This document shows, piece after piece, positions 57,513 through 64,000 of a stretch of DNA of 64,000 nt. Where the stretch lies: the NCBI RefSeq assembly GCF_009914755.1, contig NC_060926.1; one strand, 5' to 3'. This stretch comes from the human T2T-CHM13v2.0 reference genome, Homo sapiens. The translations under genes and the position numbers were made by a program. Every line of letters starts with the position of its first letter. Within the stretch, counting starts at the first letter, position 1. The notes under the pieces are model-generated. The model had not been told where the DNA came from, did no database searches, and saw only the letters and a program-made list of their open reading frames with translations.

Positions 57513-59007
57513 GCTGGGTTATAATTATAACTAAGTGGGCCCCAGCTAATGGGTGATGGAGCTACAGAAGTAATAGCCTTGTGTCTTTATGGCCGAGGCT
57601 CTGTATCAGACAGCTTGTGGCTTCCTTCATTCATTTATACATTTATTAAGTACCTACTATATGCACGTCATCATGTAAAGCATTCTGGGAAACAAGAACA
57701 TGAATCAGCCAAAAATATTACCTTAAGAAATTAGTCTAGTTTTTTTCAAACAAAACATCTTGCATATTTATTACTAAACTGACCTATTAATGGAGAACCA
57801 TAAAACAAGAAAAATCAATATTTTCTCCGTAAAACATGTCCAACTATTCATAGTAGTGACTTTTTCAGTTTGATATGGTGAGAACGTAGTGACCTCAATG
57901 CAGTGTAAATATATGAACCACCACATATGTGATTCCATATAACTCAGCTTGGTTCTTTCCCAATGTCTCCTCTTGGAGTTAAACCCGATTTTATTACCAG
58001 TTTTCATTTAAACCCATTAATGATGAATTCCAGTTAGCAATGAATCATAACATGACAGAATGGAAATATTGGCTATCACTCTTATTTGATAGACGAACAA
58101 AGAATAAGGAAGTAACGAGGTTGGAGTAATGGCAAATCCAGGATTTAGTATAGCATAATGCTCCTACCATCATTAAATTTCATTACAAAGGGTCATAATT
58201 GAGAAATTCTAGTAAAAACAGGTGTAAGGTAAGATGATTTTGGATGTAAATAATCCCAAATCAATTGACGTAAAACAAGGGACACTGAGCGTCAAAAGTC
58301 CCTGGACATCCAGAGAAAGGGCATGGCTCAGTAGTGGCTCTGTGATTTGGTCAGTTGCCAGGTTCCTATGTCCTCTCCCTGTGCACCCCTTAGGTTGGGC
58401 TTCGTCCCAAGGTTGCTTCCCAGCCAGGATTCAAGATGACAACAAGTGACAACAAGTAACAACAAACATCACATCCGGATGTGACAAGGTCTGGTTGGGA
58501 AGAGGAGCTGTTTTCCCCTGTGGCCCTTTCCATGAGCAGAGAAAACTTTTCCAAGAAGTTCCACAGCAGACGCTCCCTCAAGGCTCAGCTGGCCACTCCT
58601 AAACCACTTCCTGATAAGGGCTTCCCAGGTTTGGCTTAGATCAATCATAATTTTCCTGAGTCTCAGAGCAAAACTGGGGCTCTGACAACATGAAACGGGC
58701 AAGAGGCTGTTGCAGGCAATAAATGTGCCTGCCTGAGTGTCATAAAATATAGGCTGCCCCAAAGAGGTATATTGTAAAATGACATGTACAGTAAATGGCC
58801 CTGAGGGTAAGCCCTTTGTGCATTTCTTACTTTGAATGAAAATAGCAAGTGAAGTATATTGCCTTTCTCTGCCTTGTAAATCACTATGATAGGCATGTAC
58901 AATCTTCTGCATGTAGCTGACAGTAGGCTTTCACTGATCCATTTGAATATATGCCCACCAATTTGTTGGAATTCATTTCTGTTCAAATGAAAATTTAAAA
59001 GATGTTG

Positions 59008-59314
<307 letters not shown>

Positions 59315-59970
59315 TTAACAGGATCTGTGGTCATATTTTCAGTAATTGTGTCAAAACCTATTTCTCTCAGGTGGATTTTCAACATGGGGGATTGTATGAA
59401 CTCTGGGAATTATATATGTGATAATATGATTCAGTAGAAGGTGCAATGTCCCCACATTCAAACCATAACAGTACCTATATGGTTAAAAAAAAGCACTAGT
59501 CTCTGGCTGCATTGCTTGTGGTTAATGTGGCATCATCATTCCTATCCCATCTGAGTTCGGGGATCATTTCCCTACTTGGGTTAGAACTGGCCAGTGAGAA
59601 AACTCATGAGATTTGGACGGTAAAGCGCATCAGAGGCCATCACCCTTGGGAAGTGGTAAGGGTCAAACATGTAGGTTCTCAGATCTTTTCAAAAGCTCCA
59701 ACTCTATGGACACAACAGTTGTGCCACCCTTTCCAGGAAGCTTTGTAGATGTAGTGGAACTCCATTGCCCACTGCTGTCGACTACTCTGAGTTTTGGTGG
59801 CAGCTTTCCCGGCATCCCCTCCTGCTGTTCTTGCAGTAGGCATGAAGACCTCAATTCTGTCTTAAATGCTTCATACCCAGAATGCAGACAGTGGCTACTG
59901 CTTTCCGCATCAAACCCTGGCAGGTCAGAGCCTCTTGCATTTCTCTTTTCAAATCCATCCCTCAGTATGT

Positions 59971-60053
59971 GGGGTGGGGGTGGTGGTCGGGGGTTGGAGG
60001 GTAAGGGGAGTTGGGTGGGGGAGGCACACACACACACACGCACACAGACACAC
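59971..60053 (+). repeat. G-rich putative G-quadruplex (59971-60021) followed by (CA)n
   Basis: Seven runs of 3-5 G within 51 nt, then CA repeats. Confidence 0.6.
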
Positions 60054-60838
60054 ATTTCGTTAACTCAACTTCCTTTCCCAGAGTTAATTACTATTCAGAA
60101 TTTGGTGTGTATCATTCCATTTATAAACACACAAATATCCTGCATACATAGTATTTAACAAAAATAACACAAATGAGATGGTACAATATGTATCATTTAG
60201 CAGTATTTTTTACTTTTATAGATCTTAAATTTATTTTTATGACATAGATATTGTCTTTATTATTTTTAAGAATTTCATAGTATTCTTTTATATGGCCATA
60301 ATACAATTGGTTTAACCATTCTCATATTGATTAGCAGGTAGGTTGTTTCCAGTATTTTGCTACCATTAATAGTGCTGCAATGAACATGGTTGGAAGGTTA
60401 TCTATGTGTTTGTGGGGGGTGTTTCTGTAGGACACACCCTACAGGTGCAATTGCTGTTACTGAGGGCATGCACATTCAATATTTTGATACATATTGCAAA
60501 TTTCCCTCTAAAAGCTGTGGCAGTTTTTATCTCATCAACATTATATCTTGATTAGTAATTCCTTATTTGCTGTGTAAAATGTCAAAATAAAAGGTCCCTT
60601 ATCACTTCTCATAACTACATAACCTTTTCCGATTTACATTTTGTATCACTTTATCTCTACAACTTTCAGGATAGATGTGAATTTAAGGGTCAAAAATGTT
60701 GGGACAAAGAGTTATGAGGGGTAAATAGACAATGAAAATTTGGTTACCTAATTTCCAGTCTTTGGTACTAAATATGTCATTTTAATTCAGCACTTTGCCT
60801 AGAATTCTTTCAATAAGGGATTTAGAAATAATTATTAG

Positions 60839-61274
<436 letters not shown>

Positions 61275-61909
61275 CAGCAAACATTTATTGCTGGAATTAT
61301 TGTATGTCTATTACGTACAAGGCAATGCATAGGATTCAAAAAAATATTGGGGATAATATTGAGCTTAAGGAATTCATGATAATGAAAGTGAATGACTGGG
61401 TCTTTATGGTTTGAGATGTGTTTCTCCTTTCTTTCTCACAAAATCATAGCACTCTGAGGCAGACATCCAATCTGTCACTTCTTTTGTCTCATCTAGTAGA
61501 ACATATTGCACATAGTAGGTCTCACAGATTTAAGCACTTTTGTGGTTTATATTCTGGTAGAAGAAAGACAACATAAAAGTAAACAAAATAATACATACCT
61601 GTCACGAAGAGCTATACCCCACAGAGGGTGGCTGGAATTAACCTGCCACTACTCACAGGTGCCAAAAGTAGACACAGAGTTGCACCAATCCCCCAAACCC
61701 CAAGTGCATGAAGTGAGGCCACATGGGCCTAGCTGGATAGTACACATGCAGTGGGTTGCACCCAACCAGTGGAGTGCAGGGCCAAAGGTTTTGTGCCTTG
61801 GGAGGTGAGCAGCCAACGAGAGAGCTCCCCTCTTCTGAGTAAGCAAGCAGTTACACAGTAGCCACTGCGTGGTTGTGGTCATCTTGACCTGTTGAGCTTC
61901 ATGCCTTTG

Positions 61910-63540
61910 ACAAACTTATCAGTAGATTCAACACAGCCAAAGAAAGAATCAGAGAACGTAAAGAGAGATAATTAGAAATTACATTGATTAAAAGACAAAT
62001 GAAAAAAGAGTTAAAAGAACAAGACAGAGAACCCAAGAGCTATGGGACGATATCAACTGATGTAATGCACATGTATTGGAATTCCAGAAGGAAAAAATAG
62101 AGAGAAAGGGGCAAAGAAATATTTGAAGAAGCAATTGCTGATAATTTTTCAAAATTAATGACAGATACCAAACCACATAACCAAGAAAATCAGAGAATGC
62201 CAAGCAAGATAAATACAACATGAAATAAAATAAAACAAAAAACAAACCAACCAAAATAACAACAACAAAAACCTACTAAAAACCTATGCATCTATGCATG
62301 TCGTATTTAAATTTCTCACAGGACAAAAAGAAGATTCTGAAGGCAAGAAGAGAAAAAAAGACACGTTACATACGAGGAAACAAATATAAGAATTACATTT
62401 GTTTATATATTGTTATTGAATTATACTATCAGAAGTTATGTAAGCCAGAAGACATCTTTGACATGGTTAAAGAAAAAAAAATCTGTCAACCCAGAATTGT
62501 ACATATACATAAAATATCTTTCAAAAATGAAGAAGAGGCTGGGCACGGTGGCTCGCGCCTGTAATTCCAGCACTTCGGGAGGCTGAGGTGGGCAGATCAC
62601 TTGAGGTCAGGAGTTCGAGACCAGCCTGGCCAACATGGTGAAACCCCATCTCTACTAAAAATACAAAAATCAGCCAGGCGTGTTTGCGCGTGTCTGTATT
62701 TTCAGCTACCTGGGAGGCTGAGGCATGAGAATTACTTGAACCCAGGTGGCAGAAGTTGCAGTGAGCCAAGATTGCGCCATTGCATTCCAGCCCCCTGCAA
62801 AAAAAGAGAAGAAGAATAAAGTCTTTTTTTTGGGCAAATAAAAATTGAGAATGGATTGTCAACAGATCTACACTAAAAGAAATGTTAAAGAAAGTCTTGA
62901 GGCAAGAAAAAATGTGGTGCAAGACAGAAACTTGGATCTTCACAAAAATTAAGGAAAACTGGAAATAGAATAAATGAAGTTAAAATAATTTTTCCTATTT
63001 TTAATTTTTCTAAAAGAGAACTATCTAGAGCAAAAATAGTAACAATAAATTATATGTTTATAGAATGTATACAAGCAAAATATATGACAAAAATAGCACA
63101 AAAGATGAGAGGGAAAAATTGTATAGATTCCACCTTCCGTATCCTTAGAAAATTGGTTCCAAGACCCTTGGGGATACCAAAATCAACTGATGTTCATGTC
63201 TCTTATATAAAACGGCATAGTATTTGCATATAACCTATGCATATCTTTCTATATGCTTTAAATTATCTGTGGATTATTATAATGAATACATTGTAAATGC
63301 TGTGTAACTTGTTGTTCTACTGTATTTTTTGAATCATTTTTATTGTTATATTGCTATTTTTTATTATTATCAGTTTAAATATTTTCCATTTGTAGTTGGT
63401 TGAATCCAGGGCTGACTGTGTAATTGTAAGATCTTTATATTACAAGCAAAGTAACATCATATTATTCAAAGATAAACTGTGATTATTAAAGGTGTACACT
63501 GTAAACACTAGGGCAACCACCAAAATTTTGGAAAAACTGT
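61910..63540 (+). mobile_element. Old L1M ORF1-region fragment with an AluS (62537-62820) and a MER2-like element (about 63120-63420)
   Basis: ORF1-like remnant 'KKKILKARREKK...[25 protein letters not shown]'; MER2 motif GTATTTGCATATAACCTATGC. Confidence 0.7.
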
Positions 63541-63545
63541 TATGT

Positions 63546-64000
63546 CCTTTCATCTTGGCCACTGACATGCCATCCAGACGGAGGAAGATTTGGAATCTTT
63601 GGGGCCACATGAGTCTCTTGCTGCATCGACAAACACTGAAATTACCTGGGGGGCCAGGATCCTGCTGGGATCATGCATCACCACAAGATCAACTTCCACA
63701 AATAGCACCCAGGTTCCTTTGGGAAAGTTGGTATGCGGCATTACCACTTGAAGAGGAACCAGAGCTTTGCCCGAACGACTGCCCTACTGTAAACTTTGAT
63801 AAATTGTGGACCTTGGTCAGTGAGCAGACATGGGTAAATGCTGCCAAAACCAAGACAGGAATTGGTCCCATCATTGATGTGGTGTGGCCAGGCTTCTACA
63901 AAGTTCCAGGTAAGGGAAAACTGCTAAAGCAGCCTGTCATCATGAAGGTCAAATGCTTCAGCAGAATTGCTGAGGAGAAGATTAGGGGTGTGAGTGTGGT
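63546..64000 (+). pseudogene. RPL27A: Processed pseudogene of ribosomal protein L27a (runs off the window end)
   Basis: ATG at 63567 (MPSR...), then segments [29 protein letters not shown] and PTVNFDKLWTLVSEQTWVNAAK...PIIDVV...KQPVIMKVK. Stops and frameshifts, no introns, 5' CCTTTC tract. Confidence 0.92.

Noticed and set aside
59613-60158. 181-aa ORF and opposing 130-aa ORF
   Set aside because: Extended by G-rich and (CA)n low-complexity sequence; no recognisable protein.

Overview
Primate, most likely human, Alu-dense intergenic or intronic DNA; two AluYa5-type elements point to human. I see no intact protein-coding gene, tRNA/rRNA or CRISPR array. Most of the window is transposable-element debris: roughly 55 Alu elements or fragments, several decayed L1s, solo ERV LTRs (LTR14B-, MER4-, MER21-, LTR3-, LTR10-, MER34-, MLT1- and MST-like), and DNA transposons (MER53, MER5, Tigger, MER2). 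It holds four 5'-complete processed pseudogenes (RPL22, SRSF3, RPS21, RPL27A), each inserted in an older L1. One non-repetitive CpG island at about 28.6-29.3 kb is the best candidate functional element. I found no convincing new biological system. The notable signals are genome-evolution ones: a templated 226-bp duplication with a micro-inversion, a tail-less Alu with intact target-site duplications (TSDs), three Alus at one palindromic site, two young AluYa5 elements 4 kb apart, and an Alu inserted at an LTR TATA box. Repeat family names come from recalled consensus sequences and need RepeatMasker/Dfam confirmation. Boundaries without TSD support are approximate.
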